In this document: in pieces, positions 44,266-52,649 of the stretch | Layout of the letters: the number at the start of each line of letters is the position of its first letter | Position numbering within the stretch: the first letter of the stretch is position 1 | NCBI GenBank assembly: GCA_047456295.1 | Contig: CP179887.1 | Location: forward strand, 239,159 to 303,158 | DNA: 64,000 nt | Source: Candidatus Nealsonbacteria bacterium | Lineage (GTDB): Bacteria; Patescibacteriota; Minisyncoccia; Minisyncoccales; JANBVM01 | Direction: 5' to 3' | Translations under genes and position numbers: made by a program | The notes under the pieces: model-generated | Told to the model about the DNA's origin: nothing | Seen by the model: only the letters and a program-made list of their open reading frames with translations | Databases searched by the model: none

Positions 44266-44820
44266 TTAAGCAAGATATACACTTAACAACTTTCTCCAGG
44301 CCTCATAAAGAGGGGTAATTTCTTTTTGTAGTTCTGGAAATAAACCAACATCACGATAGTCTCTTTCAAGTTTGGCAATAATAGAATCTTTTGGCATAAA
44401 CGAAAACATAACTATATAGGCAATATCAGTCATGTGGCTTGTTGAATCAGCGGCTGCCAAAATCTTAGCTTCTAAGGTTTCTGGTTGAACATCCCTACAC
44501 CTATGAGCTCTTATACAATGGGCAACTTTTTCAATCTTCTCAGGCGCTACTTTTATTTGAGAGAGAAAACGCCTGGCTTCAACTTCAGATTTAACAGCGT
44601 GGTCAACATTCTCTTCTCCAATTGCCCTACCTATATCATGAAGCCAAACAGACAATAAAACTATTTCTTTATCTGCTTCAGGATAGTTTTCTAAAATTCT
44701 TTCAGCCCACTTTTTAGCTTCACTAACATGTCTTGGAAGGTAAGGGTATACAGAACAGCTTCTGTTTTCAAAAGTTTTCAAAAAATGAGATTTTGCTTTG
44801 TTTATAATTCCATTTAACAT
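44266..44820 (-). CDS. HD-domain phosphohydrolase
   Basis: 184-aa ORF containing WLHDIGR and other His/Asp residues. Confidence 0.75.
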   Translation of the reverse strand: MLNGIINKAKSHFLKTFENRSCSVYPYLPRHVSEAKKWAERILENYPEADKEIVLLSVWLHDIGRAIGEENVDHAVKSEVEARRFLSQIKVAPEKIEKVAHCIRAHRCRDVQPETLEAKILAAADSTSHMTDIAYIVMFSFMPKDSIIAKLERDYRDVGLFPELQKEITPLYEAWRKLLSVYLA

Positions 44821-44827
44821 GCTTCAA

Positions 44828-44911
44828 TTCTACCAAAAAATCGTCCCAGGCAACAGACATGGGGACGATTTTCACCGTCTGGGGATCTTGGACGATGTTA
44901 GAATCTGTTTG
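44828..44911 (+). repeat. intergenic inverted-repeat element, copy A (84 nt)
   Basis: The sequence is ttctaccaaaaaatcgtcccaggcaacagacatggggacgattttcaccgtctggggatcttggacgatgttagaatctgtttg. The termini TTCTACC and GTTAGAA are inverted repeats. The inner arms are ATCGTCCC, GGGACGAT and GGACGAT. Confidence 0.85.
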
Positions 44912-45087
44912 CTACTTCAAAATAACTAATCCTCCAATTATACGTTTATCTTCAAATCCTTTCCCTTTTATATCCACATCTTCTACCTTTGGATCTACTT
45001 TTACCAGCCATTTAAATTCAACCGGTTGTATCTCTAAAAAAATCTATACCAGTTTCTTGAGCTCTTCAAGAAGAACTAAAGATTCAT

Positions 45088-45375
45088 TTAGAGAGACACA
45101 CACTCGCTTCCATTAAAGCATTTATCAGGTCCGCAGTCGCAAATGTTCACCTGATGACTATTTTCTGGTGAACAACCGCAGGGGCCAACAAGACATAGAT
45201 TAGGAAAATCACCAGTTGCTTTACAACATAATGATGTGGAGACTTGTCCTCCAGAGTCTATACAAGCTTTTTCTATTTCAGTTAACTCTTCGGGTGTTAT
45301 CGCTGACTGATAAATCCAGTAACCTACTCCCACAACAACAATTATAATAATGAGAGCAATTATTGTTTTAGACAT
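45088..45375 (-). CDS. small membrane-anchored Cys-rich protein
   Basis: 95-aa ORF with an N-terminal TM helix and 10 Cys in the ~60-aa C-terminal part. Confidence 0.5.
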   Translation of the reverse strand: MSKTIIALIIIIVVVGVGYWIYQSAITPEELTEIEKACIDSGGQVSTSLCCKATGDFPNLCLVGPCGCSPENSHQVNICDCGPDKCFNGSECVSL

Positions 45376-45459
45376 ATTATTTTTAAAAATTTATATTACG
45401 ACCTTTTTATTTTAACAACAATTTTATGAAGAATCGATGAACTTATTAAATCATTATCA

Positions 45460-45543
45460 TTCTACCAAAAAATCGTCCTAGGCAACAGACATGGGGACGA
45501 TTTTCACCATCTGGGGATATTGGACGATGTTATAACCTGCTTG
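45460..45543 (+). repeat. intergenic inverted-repeat element, copy B (84 nt)
   Basis: By my hand alignment it has 6 mismatches to copy A over 84 nt. Confidence 0.85.
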
Positions 45544-45565
45544 ATAGAGATAATTGGTGTTTAAA

Positions 45566-46165
45566 TTACCACTTCAATAAAAATTCGTGATATTCGTCAC
45601 CTCTATAAACACATTTTGTTTCTTCAGAAGTTACCTTACTTCCAACTATCATTTGGATTATAGTAGGAATAGAACCCCTGAGAATTTGACAGTGAAGTGG
45701 ATGAAACTGGAAATTTCTCACCCTAAAAATTATATGTCTTTTTTCCTCGTCAATTTCCACTACTTCAATATCTCCAAGTGTAAAATATCTTCTCCACATC
45801 TCTGGACCTTCTTTCGACACCCTTTCAAGTGAAACGAAATACTTCATAAAAAGTCTAATAATTAAAGAAAGTTTGGCGTGAAACCTTCCCATTTCCTGAA
45901 ACTTTTTGTCATCGTAATTAAAAAGTCTCTTAATAGCTAACAAGATAACAGCTTCTACTCCAAAAGGATAAAGAGTCGTTGCTTTTACTTCTCTGAATTT
46001 TATTGGGTAGCCAAGTCCTGTCATTGTATCTTCCAATTTCTTCAATCCCTCCTCGCCTTCTTCTTTAAGAATAAACTTTCCGTGGGTCTTTATTCCTGTT
46101 CCTTTTACTTCCCCTTTAAGTTTCATTAATTCATCAAATTCCTGTTTTGAAATTATTTGTTCCAT
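45566..46165 (-). CDS. hypothetical protein
   Basis: 199-aa ORF with no motif recognised with confidence. Confidence 0.5.
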   Translation of the reverse strand: MEQIISKQEFDELMKLKGEVKGTGIKTHGKFILKEEGEEGLKKLEDTMTGLGYPIKFREVKATTLYPFGVEAVILLAIKRLFNYDDKKFQEMGRFHAKLSLIIRLFMKYFVSLERVSKEGPEMWRRYFTLGDIEVVEIDEEKRHIIFRVRNFQFHPLHCQILRGSIPTIIQMIVGSKVTSEETKCVYRGDEYHEFLLKW

Positions 46166-46215
46166 ATTATTTCATAATACTATAAAACCTGGCAAGAGCA
46201 AAGCTCTCGGGCAGC

Positions 46216-46249
46216 ATCTGGGCTGGTTAGACACAGTTAGAATCTGGTT
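46216..46249 (+). repeat. intergenic element, copy C (right-hand core only)
   Basis: atctgggctggttagacacagttagaatctggtt shares the CTGGG..(T)TAGAC/GGAC..GTTAGAATCTG core with copies A and B. Confidence 0.6.
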
Positions 46250-46313
46250 CTGGAGGGGGTTTTTTGCTTTTGAGACATTATACTTATTAACCCAAAAGGG
46301 TGAATTAAAAAAG

Positions 46314-47054
46314 TTATTTTTTCGCCTTAATCAAAAATCTTGTTGTTTTAAAAACGAGTTTACTTCCTTTATTAAGTTTATTCTGCAAACCCTCTAAAAC
46401 AGGTAAGTATTTATCAACATTAAAACCTTTTACAATCCAAGGTATAACCTTTAAAGAATATACAATAGCGCCAACATCCTTAAACTTTGTTTTACCTGAC
46501 CATTCTTTTGCTTGTTCTATTTTAAACCCAACTCTCTCTAAATTATTTCTAGCTATTTTAGGAGTCCACCCTTTAGTTTGTGGTTCAATATTAAACTCCT
46601 GAACTAAATCTTTTAAATTATCTCCGCCAACTTGTTGAGTTAAAAAAATCCCACCCCCTTGAAGTACTCTGAATACCTCTTTCTCATTATAAAAGCTGTG
46701 CCGACTTAATACTAAATCAAACTCTTTATCAGCAAATGGTAACTTCCCTGATTTATTTGTTTTGACAACTTCAATGCCTAATGGGGTTAATTTTTTTCTC
46801 GCTATTGGTACATTAAGTGAATAACTCTCTGTAGCAAATGTGTGTTTAGAAAAAGGCCCAAATGATGAAAAAGCTTCTCCTCCGCCAGTTCCTATATCCA
46901 ATACTGCTGTTGCTTTTTTAATCAAGTTTTTCGCTTCCTTTTCGTAATTCCAGGGAGGTTTTTCAACTTTTAATCTGTCTTTAATATACGAAAAATCCCA
47001 GCCGCTGAATGGTGTCTGTTCGTCTTTTTTCCATTGAGAATATAAATTATTCAT
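46314..47054 (-). CDS. class I SAM-dependent methyltransferase
   Basis: 246-aa ORF with motif I, VLDIGTGGGE. Confidence 0.8.
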   Translation of the reverse strand: MNNLYSQWKKDEQTPFSGWDFSYIKDRLKVEKPPWNYEKEAKNLIKKATAVLDIGTGGGEAFSSFGPFSKHTFATESYSLNVPIARKKLTPLGIEVVKTNKSGKLPFADKEFDLVLSRHSFYNEKEVFRVLQGGGIFLTQQVGGDNLKDLVQEFNIEPQTKGWTPKIARNNLERVGFKIEQAKEWSGKTKFKDVGAIVYSLKVIPWIVKGFNVDKYLPVLEGLQNKLNKGSKLVFKTTRFLIKAKK

Positions 47055-47061
47055 AAATCAA

Positions 47062-47144
47062 TTTTACCAAAAATCGCCCTTTTAGGCGATTCTCGAACCG
47101 AGCTCAAGATGGCTGCGAACCGTGGACAGAGTTTGAATCTTTTG
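47062..47144 (+). repeat. intergenic inverted-repeat element, copy D (83 nt, diverged)
   Basis: The sequence is ttttaccaaaaatcgcccttttaggcgatt...cgtggacagagtttgaatcttttg. It has the same length and the same terminal and inner-arm layout as copies A and B. Confidence 0.65.
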
Positions 47145-47301
47145 ATTAGGTGCAAAACAGCTTATTCCTGTTCCTGTTTATTTCTCATTAAATATACCCA
47201 GGCCTTTTTCTAGCACTTATTATGGAGGTAGCGCCTTCAAGGTGCAAATAGCTAAAGCACTTTCACAGACTTCAACCTGCCTGATATAATGAAGAAAACC
47301 T

Positions 47302-48264
47302 ATGTTAATTACAGAAATAAATATTAAGTTGAAGGCTGGGAATGGCGGGAATGGAAAAGTTTCTTTTTATAAAAGAAGAAGAGGCCCAGATGGAGGTAAT
47401 GGAGGAAAAGGCGGCAGTATTTTTATTACCTCTACTTCAGATATTTACGCTCTTTCTAATCTTTCAAAAAGCACCAAAATCAAAGCAGAAAACGGTCAGC
47501 ATGGAATGTCAAATAAAAAAGCTGGTAAGTTTGCTGAGGATTTAGAAGTTAAAGTTCCTATTGGGACTATTATTACTGATAAGAATTCTAAAGAAGTTTT
47601 TGAAGTGGCTGACAAAGACTATCGTTTTCTCTTGTGTCAGGGAGGACGGGGCGGTAAAGGCAACTGGGAATATCGTTCTTCTAGAAATACTACGCCGATG
47701 TATGCCCAAAAGGGTTTTGAAGGCCAGGAAAGAGATTTATATATTAATCTTAAGCTTATTGCTGACTATGGGTTTATCGGCTTCCCTAACGCTGGTAAAA
47801 GCAGCTTGCTTAAAGAGATAACAAACGCTAATCCAAAAATCGGCGATTACCCTTTTACTACCCTTGAGCCTAACTTAGGAGAATTAGAGGGTAAAATTAT
47901 TGCTGATATTCCAGGACTTATAGAAGGGGCTTCTAAAGGAAAAGGTTTAGGGGTCAAATTTTTAAAACATATTGAAAAAGTTTCACTCTTATTTCATTGT
48001 CTTTCTTGTGAACTTAAAGAGCCTGAAAAAAGCTATCAACAAATCAGGAACGAGCTAAAGAGTTATGATCCAAAATTATTAAAGATACCGGAAATTATTC
48101 TTCTTACCAAAACAGATTTAAAATCAGAGAAAGAAGTTAAGTTAAGTCTTAAGGTTTTGAAAAAACTGAAAAAACAAATATTGCCCGTTTCTATTCATGA
48201 TTGGGATAGTTTGGAAAAACTAAGAACCTTTATTTTAAAATCTTTTACCTCGGTGAAGCGATGA
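47302..48264 (+). CDS. obg: GTPase Obg
   Basis: Glycine-rich Obg fold (GGNGG..GGKGG), G1 GFPNAGKSS, G3 DIPGLIEGA, G4 TKTD. Confidence 0.9.
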   Translation: MLITEINIKLKAGNGGNGKVSFYKRRRGPDGGNGGKGGSIFITSTSDIYALSNLSKSTKIKAENGQHGMSNKKAGKFAEDLEVKVPIGTIITDKNSKEVFEVADKDYRFLLCQGGRGGKGNWEYRSSRNTTPMYAQKGFEGQERDLYINLKLIADYGFIGFPNAGKSSLLKEITNANPKIGDYPFTTLEPNLGELEGKIIADIPGLIEGASKGKGLGVKFLKHIEKVSLLFHCLSCELKEPEKSYQQIRNELKSYDPKLLKIPEIILLTKTDLKSEKEVKLSLKVLKKLKKQILPVSIHDWDSLEKLRTFILKSFTSVKR

Positions 48265-48300
48265 GCCCGAACGATAGCGAGTGGTTCGTTGTTGGGAATC

Positions 48301-48324
48301 GTGGACGACATTAGAACCTATTTT
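48301..48324 (+). repeat. intergenic element, copy E1 (right-hand core; a full-length copy might start at TTTTACC, 48244-48250, inside the obg 3' end)
   Basis: The core reads gtggacgacattagaacctatttt. Confidence 0.5.
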
Positions 48325-48361
48325 ATAACTAAAAAAGAAGGTTTTGAGATACCGATTTTGG

Positions 48362-48386
48362 CTGGACGAGGTTAGAGTCTGTTTAG
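48362..48386 (+). repeat. intergenic element, copy E2 (right-hand core)
   Basis: The core reads ctggacgaggttagagtctgtttag. Confidence 0.55.
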
Positions 48387-48457
48387 TAGAGGTTTTGGAA
48401 TAAAAAAAGTTCACCTTTATTCAAGATGAACACATTATTATTTATAAAATCTAAAAT

Positions 48458-48889
48458 TTACACTATAAAAGTAGGGTGATTCTTACCAATAGCTTCTAAC
48501 AATTCTTCTGTTTGTTTTTTCCATCTTGAATCAAATTCCTCTAACGACTCTGACTCAAGACAATTCAGCGCCTCCTTTTTATCAAGAAATAAAGCAGCTA
48601 TAGGAGATGTTTTTCCTCCCCAAGAAGAAATATTTACTTGCATAGCTCTTTGAGTCCGCTCCGGAGCCCCTGTCCAAGGAGAATAATCCTCAGAATATAG
48701 TATTATTCCCATTTCTGTAATGCCAACTAAATGACCTCCAAGAAGTCTACTTCCAATAGGAATACCGCTTTCACCTTTAAGTGCAATCTTCTCAATAATG
48801 GGGATGCCATCTTCATCCTTTCTATCTGTTACGTGGTAAACAGACTTCATAGTAACTGCAAAAAACTCACTAATAACCTTTTCTTTCAT
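48458..48889 (-). CDS. hypothetical protein
   Basis: 143-aa ORF with no recognised motif. A candidate TTGACT-N16-TAATAG promoter lies upstream at about 48930-48957. Confidence 0.5.
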   Translation of the reverse strand: MKEKVISEFFAVTMKSVYHVTDRKDEDGIPIIEKIALKGESGIPIGSRLLGGHLVGITEMGIILYSEDYSPWTGAPERTQRAMQVNISSWGGKTSPIAALFLDKKEALNCLESESLEEFDSRWKKQTEELLEAIGKNHPTFIV

Positions 48890-48988
48890 AATTTTCCCTC
48901 AGTCCTTTATTTATTAAAAGACCTATATTTCTATTAGCACAACTAAATGAAAAGTCAAGACCCGAGCTCTTGGCTCGGGCTTCAATAA

Positions 48989-49059
48989 CTGCGGGGCTAG
49001 GACTCGAACCTAGATTACGAGTGCCAGAAACTCGAGTGCTACCATTACACCACCCCGCA
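48989..49059 (-). tRNA. tRNA-Gln (anticodon CUG)
   Basis: The reverse complement is TGCGGGGTGGTGTAATGGTAGCACTCGAGTTTCTGGCACTCGTAATCTAGGTTCGAGTCCTAGCCCCGCAG. It has the U1:A72 pair and G73 typical of tRNA-Gln. A hairpin terminator follows at 48961-48979. Confidence 0.8.
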
Positions 49060-49062
49060 AAA

Positions 49063-49971
49063 TTAAATCTCCAAATATTTTCTAATAGCTACGCTGCTTG
49101 AAATTATTCCCAGTCCAATTCCAGTAGCAAACTGAATTAAAAGTAAACTCTGGAAATTCTCAACAAATAATTCAAATAAATTAAGACTGAAAAAGAAACT
49201 TGAAATCCTGGGGCTCAAAAACAGACAGACTGCACTGAAAACCAAAAGAGAAATGAAGCCTGCCAGAACTCCGCAGATTGCCCCCTGGACCAAAAACGGT
49301 CCCTGGATAAACCAGTTTGAAGCGCCAACAAGCCTTTGAACCTTAATCTCTTTCCTTGAATTATAAATTGAAAGCCTGATGGTATTGAAGGTAACAGCAA
49401 TTGCCATGATTATCAAGACTACGGAAAGGAAAATAAATATATTAATGATAACAGAGCTTAAAGAAGAAATTCTTTCAATCACTGATTTTCTTTGATAATA
49501 ATCAATCTTTTCAATAAAACTCTCAAACTCAGGGTTTTCCAAAAAACCAAAAACCTTTCCGTATTGACTGGGTTCCCAGGCCTCGATATTCAAGGAAGCT
49601 AAAAAAGGATTCCTTCCCAACTCTTCAATCGACTCTATTAAAACAGGTTCCTGTTCGTGTCTTATAATAAAGTCTTGCAAAGCCTGTTCAGGGGAAACAT
49701 ACTCTATATCTTTTACCTCAGTAAACTGAGAAATTTCTTCTTTTATACTTAAAATATCTTTTTCTGTCACCTGTTCTTTGAAATAAACCGATATGTCAAT
49801 CTTTTCCTGAATGGCTGAAACCACAAACTGACTTATGTCCTTGAAAAGAAAGAGTGAGCTAACCAGCATAACAGCTAAAAACAAAACAAAGATGGTAGCT
49901 ACCACCGTCTCTCTATCACGGAAAAAACTCTTCCAGCCTGAATAAAATATTCTTTTAATTAAGGTAAACAT
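49063..49971 (-). CDS. ftsX: cell division permease-like protein FtsX
   Basis: 302-aa ORF with four TM segments and a large first periplasmic loop. It is directly downstream of ftsE. Confidence 0.85.
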   Translation of the reverse strand: MFTLIKRIFYSGWKSFFRDRETVVATIFVLFLAVMLVSSLFLFKDISQFVVSAIQEKIDISVYFKEQVTEKDILSIKEEISQFTEVKDIEYVSPEQALQDFIIRHEQEPVLIESIEELGRNPFLASLNIEAWEPSQYGKVFGFLENPEFESFIEKIDYYQRKSVIERISSLSSVIINIFIFLSVVLIIMAIAVTFNTIRLSIYNSRKEIKVQRLVGASNWFIQGPFLVQGAICGVLAGFISLLVFSAVCLFLSPRISSFFFSLNLFELFVENFQSLLLIQFATGIGLGIISSSVAIRKYLEI

Positions 49972-49977
49972 AATAAT

Positions 49978-50676
49978 TTAAAGTATGAATCTCCCTCTTT
50001 TTCTGTCTCTTATTACCCTCCCGTTCTCTAAGGTAATCACTCTTTTTTTCAACCTGTTAATTGTTTCTTTATTATGGGTGGCCAAAATAACAGTGGTGCC
50101 CATTGCCTGAATTTTAAGCAACAACTGTATTATTTCCAAGGTATGATAAGGATCAAGATTGCCTGTGGGTTCATCAGCCAAAATAACATTCGGGCGATGG
50201 ACCAGGGCTCTGGCAATAGCTACCCTCTGCTTTTCTCCTCCTGAAAGCTCTGCTGGAAAATTATTTGCTCTTTCACTCAATCCCACAATCTCCAAAACCT
50301 TGGGTACATCCTTTTTGATCTCTTCATCTGAAGCTCCAATTACTTCCAACACATAAGCTACATTATCATAGGCAGTCTTGGAAGGAAGCAATTTATAATC
50401 TTGAAAAACAGCCCCCATCCTTCTCCGAAGCTCAGGCAATTCTTCCTTTTTCAATCTATGGATATCTCTTTTTTCAAAAAAAACTCTGCCAGAGCTGGGT
50501 TTTTCCTCAACCAACAGAAGCTTTAATAAGGTTGTTTTTCCAGCGCCTGACTTGCCGGCAATGGAAACAAACTCTTTTGGTTGAATCTCAAAAGATACAT
50601 TTTCCAATGCTATGATAGGTTTTAATTCAAGAGAATGGGGAGGATATATCTTGCTAATGTTTTTAAAATTAATCAA
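49978..50676 (-). CDS. ftsE: cell division ATP-binding protein FtsE (apparent TTG start)
   Basis: Walker [13 protein letters not shown] signature LSGGEKQR, Walker [12 protein letters not shown]. Confidence 0.9.
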   Translation of the reverse strand: MINFKNISKIYPPHSLELKPIIALENVSFEIQPKEFVSIAGKSGAGKTTLLKLLLVEEKPSSGRVFFEKRDIHRLKKEELPELRRRMGAVFQDYKLLPSKTAYDNVAYVLEVIGASDEEIKKDVPKVLEIVGLSERANNFPAELSGGEKQRVAIARALVHRPNVILADEPTGNLDPYHTLEIIQLLLKIQAMGTTVILATHNKETINRLKKRVITLENGRVIRDRKRGRFIL

Positions 50677-50740
50677 TTTAGGTTTTAGGGTTAATGTCTA
50701 AGCTCAAGGGTCCAAGAAATGGACGCTAATAACCCAGACA

Positions 50741-51806
50741 CTAATCACCTAGTCTAATTTCAGCTTCAATAAATTGATCGATTTGACCGTCTAACACCTT
50801 TTCAATACCAGTGGCTTCTACCCCTGTCCTGAGGTCTTTTACCAGTTTATAGGGATGAAGTACATAACTCCTTATCTGGTTTCCCCAGCTGGCTGAAACC
50901 TTTTTTCCCTTTACCTCAGTCATTTCCTTTTGATGACTCTTTTGATAAAAATCGTAAAGTCTTGAATAAAGTATTTCCATTGCTTTTTTTCTGTTCTGGG
51001 CCTGGGATCTTTCTGACTGGCAGGAAGCTACAATGCCTGTTGGTATGTGCCTGATTCTGACTGCTGTCTCTCTCTTGTTTACATATTGACCCCCAGGACC
51101 TGAAGCCCGGTAAAAATCAATCTTTAAATCATCTGATTTAATATTTATATCTTCCTGGGACGGATCCTGGATTCTAGGAACTACCTCCACTAAGGCAAAA
51201 GATGTATGGCGAAGATTCTTTGATGAAAAAGGAGAAATCCTGACCAATCTGTGCACTCCACTCTCATTTTTCAAAAAACCGTAGGCAAAGAGTCCTTTAA
51301 TCTCCAAGGTTACTGTCTTTGTACCAATTCTTCCTTCAGGTCCTCCACCCTCGCCAAAAGACTGATGTAAAATATCAACCTTAAATCCCTTTATCTGACA
51401 ATACCTTTCATACATTCTCAAAAGCATGGTTGTCCAATCCTGGGCATCCTGTCCTCCTGCCCCGGCATAAATGGATAATACAGCTTCTTTTCTGTCATAT
51501 TTTCCTGAAAAGAAGACTTCTTTTATTTTCCTTTTCAACCTCTTCTCCAGTTGATTTATCTCTTTCTGACTGTCTGCCTTCTCTATCTCTTTTTTTAAAT
51601 CATCAAAACTGCTTATCTCCTGGTTTAACTGATTAAATTCCTGGGAAATCTTCACCGCCCTTTTCTTGTCCTGCCAAAGATCAGGATTTTGAAGTTCTTT
51701 CTCTAATTCTTTTAATCTCTTTTTCTTTTTTCCAACGTCAAAGACGGTCCTCGAGATTGAGGAGTTTATTCTTTAAATCTTCAATTTTCTCAGAAATAAT
51801 CTTCAT
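50741..51806 (-). CDS. prfB: peptide chain release factor 2, requires a programmed +1 frameshift
   Basis: Frame 0 runs from ATG at 51806 for 22 codons (MKIISEKIEDLKNKLLNLEDRL) and ends at CTT TGA C. The +1 frame continues DVGKKKKRLKELEKELQNPDLWQDKKRAVKISQEF... into the 304-aa track ORF. GGQ is present, and RF2 is assigned by overall similarity. Confidence 0.9.
51737..51743 (-). other. RF2 autoregulatory +1 frameshift site CTT TGA C
   Basis: The minus strand reads CTCGAGGACCGT CTT TGA C. The slippery CUU plus an in-frame UGA is identical to the classical prfB site. Confidence 0.85.
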
Positions 51807-51921
51807 GCTAAATAGATTATATAACAAATTCTTCAAAAATAAAAGGGCTTTTATGAGCCAGTATTACAACATATTGGGTTGATTATTTGTTATAAGAAAG
51901 TATAAACCTTATTAATATCAA

Positions 51922-52203
51922 TCAATCTATCCTTATTATCTTGATTGCCTTGCCTTTTATTAAGGCTTCACTAACCTTTCTATAGGCTGAAGATAAGATT
52001 CTTTGAAAAGTGCTCTGGGAGGTTTTCATTTTTTTGGCACAGTCAGTCTGGTCTAAATTCTTAATATTCTTCAATCTCAAGGCTTCCACCTCTTCAGTTG
52101 TTAATTCAACCACTTCCAAAAACCTCATTGGCACACCAAGAGGTTTAAAATAAGTTACATCTGGATTAAATCTGATTCTTCTGCAAAGCCTTGGTCTTAC
52201 CAT
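51922..52203 (-). CDS. DUF134 (UPF0251) small DNA-binding protein
   Basis: MVRPRLCRRIRFNPDVTYFKPLGVP...LTTEEVEALRLKNIKNLDQTDCAKKMKTSQSTFQRIL matches my recollection of the DUF134 pattern with a sigma region 4-like HTH. Confidence 0.7.
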   Translation of the reverse strand: MVRPRLCRRIRFNPDVTYFKPLGVPMRFLEVVELTTEEVEALRLKNIKNLDQTDCAKKMKTSQSTFQRILSSAYRKVSEALIKGKAIKIIRID

Positions 52204-52289
52204 AATTGAAATTATTAAAAATTAATGATATTTTATAAATAAAGAAGGCTTCCCAGCCCTTTAAAAAGGGCTGGGTTCTCAACCTTCTT

Positions 52290-52559
52290 TTATTTTTTAG
52301 TCCTTAGTTTAGCCAGGCGTTCTTTAATACCTTTTAATTCATCTTCTAAAAGTTCAGCTTCTTCTCTTAATATTTCAGTCTCTTCTTTTCTGGTTATTTT
52401 GGGTTCATATGGACCATAACCCCAGAATCTACCCCAGCCACGACCACGACCACGACCCCAACCTCTACCCCCACCCCAACCCATTCCGCCACAAGGACCC
52501 CATCCCCAACCAGTGCCTGGACCAAAACCTAAAGGACCTGTTCCGTCAAATCTTGGCAT
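52290..52559 (-). CDS. DUF5320-like protein with a Gly/Trp/Arg-rich N-terminus and a coiled-coil C-terminus
   Basis: Starts MPRFDGTGPLGFGPGTGWGWGPCGGMGWGGGRGWGRGRGRGWGR, followed by an EE/KL-rich helix. This family is commonly paired with DUF134 (from memory). Confidence 0.6.
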   Translation of the reverse strand: MPRFDGTGPLGFGPGTGWGWGPCGGMGWGGGRGWGRGRGRGWGRFWGYGPYEPKITRKEETEILREEAELLEDELKGIKERLAKLRTKK

Positions 52560-52620
52560 GTTTTTTTTACAGTTAAATAATTATTTGATAGGATCGACCT
52601 TTTAATTAATGTCTATTATG

Positions 52621-52649
52621 AATATATACCCATAATAAAGCTTTGTCAA
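52621..52649 (-). promoter_or_regulatory. candidate promoter (TTGACA-N17-TATATT) for the DUF5320/DUF134 pair
   Basis: The minus strand reads TTGACAaagctttattatgggtaTATATT. Confidence 0.55.

Noticed and set aside
44913-45087. A stop-free stretch of ~40 codons on the minus strand (..EIQPVEFKWLVKVDPKVEDVDIKGKGFEDKRIIGGLVILK*) and the antisense 85-aa track ORF 44859-45116
   Set aside because: The minus-strand stretch has no start codon and is short. The plus-strand ORF is Ser/Thr/Phe-rich, typical antisense noise. It may be a gene remnant, but I cannot support it.
44828-48386. Calling the repeat array a bona fide integron
   Set aside because: No integrase or attI is in the window. Most ORFs are antisense to the GTT-bearing orientation. 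The essential obg lies between copies. The R''-like box reads ACC rather than AAC in the best copies. It is reported only as an attC-like hypothesis to be tested.
50741-51806. Possibility of an alternative genetic code (UGA recoded, as in some candidate phyla)
   Set aside because: An RF2 gene with the UGA-dependent frameshift site is present. TGA terminates at least obg (48262-48264). ORF lengths are normal under code 11.
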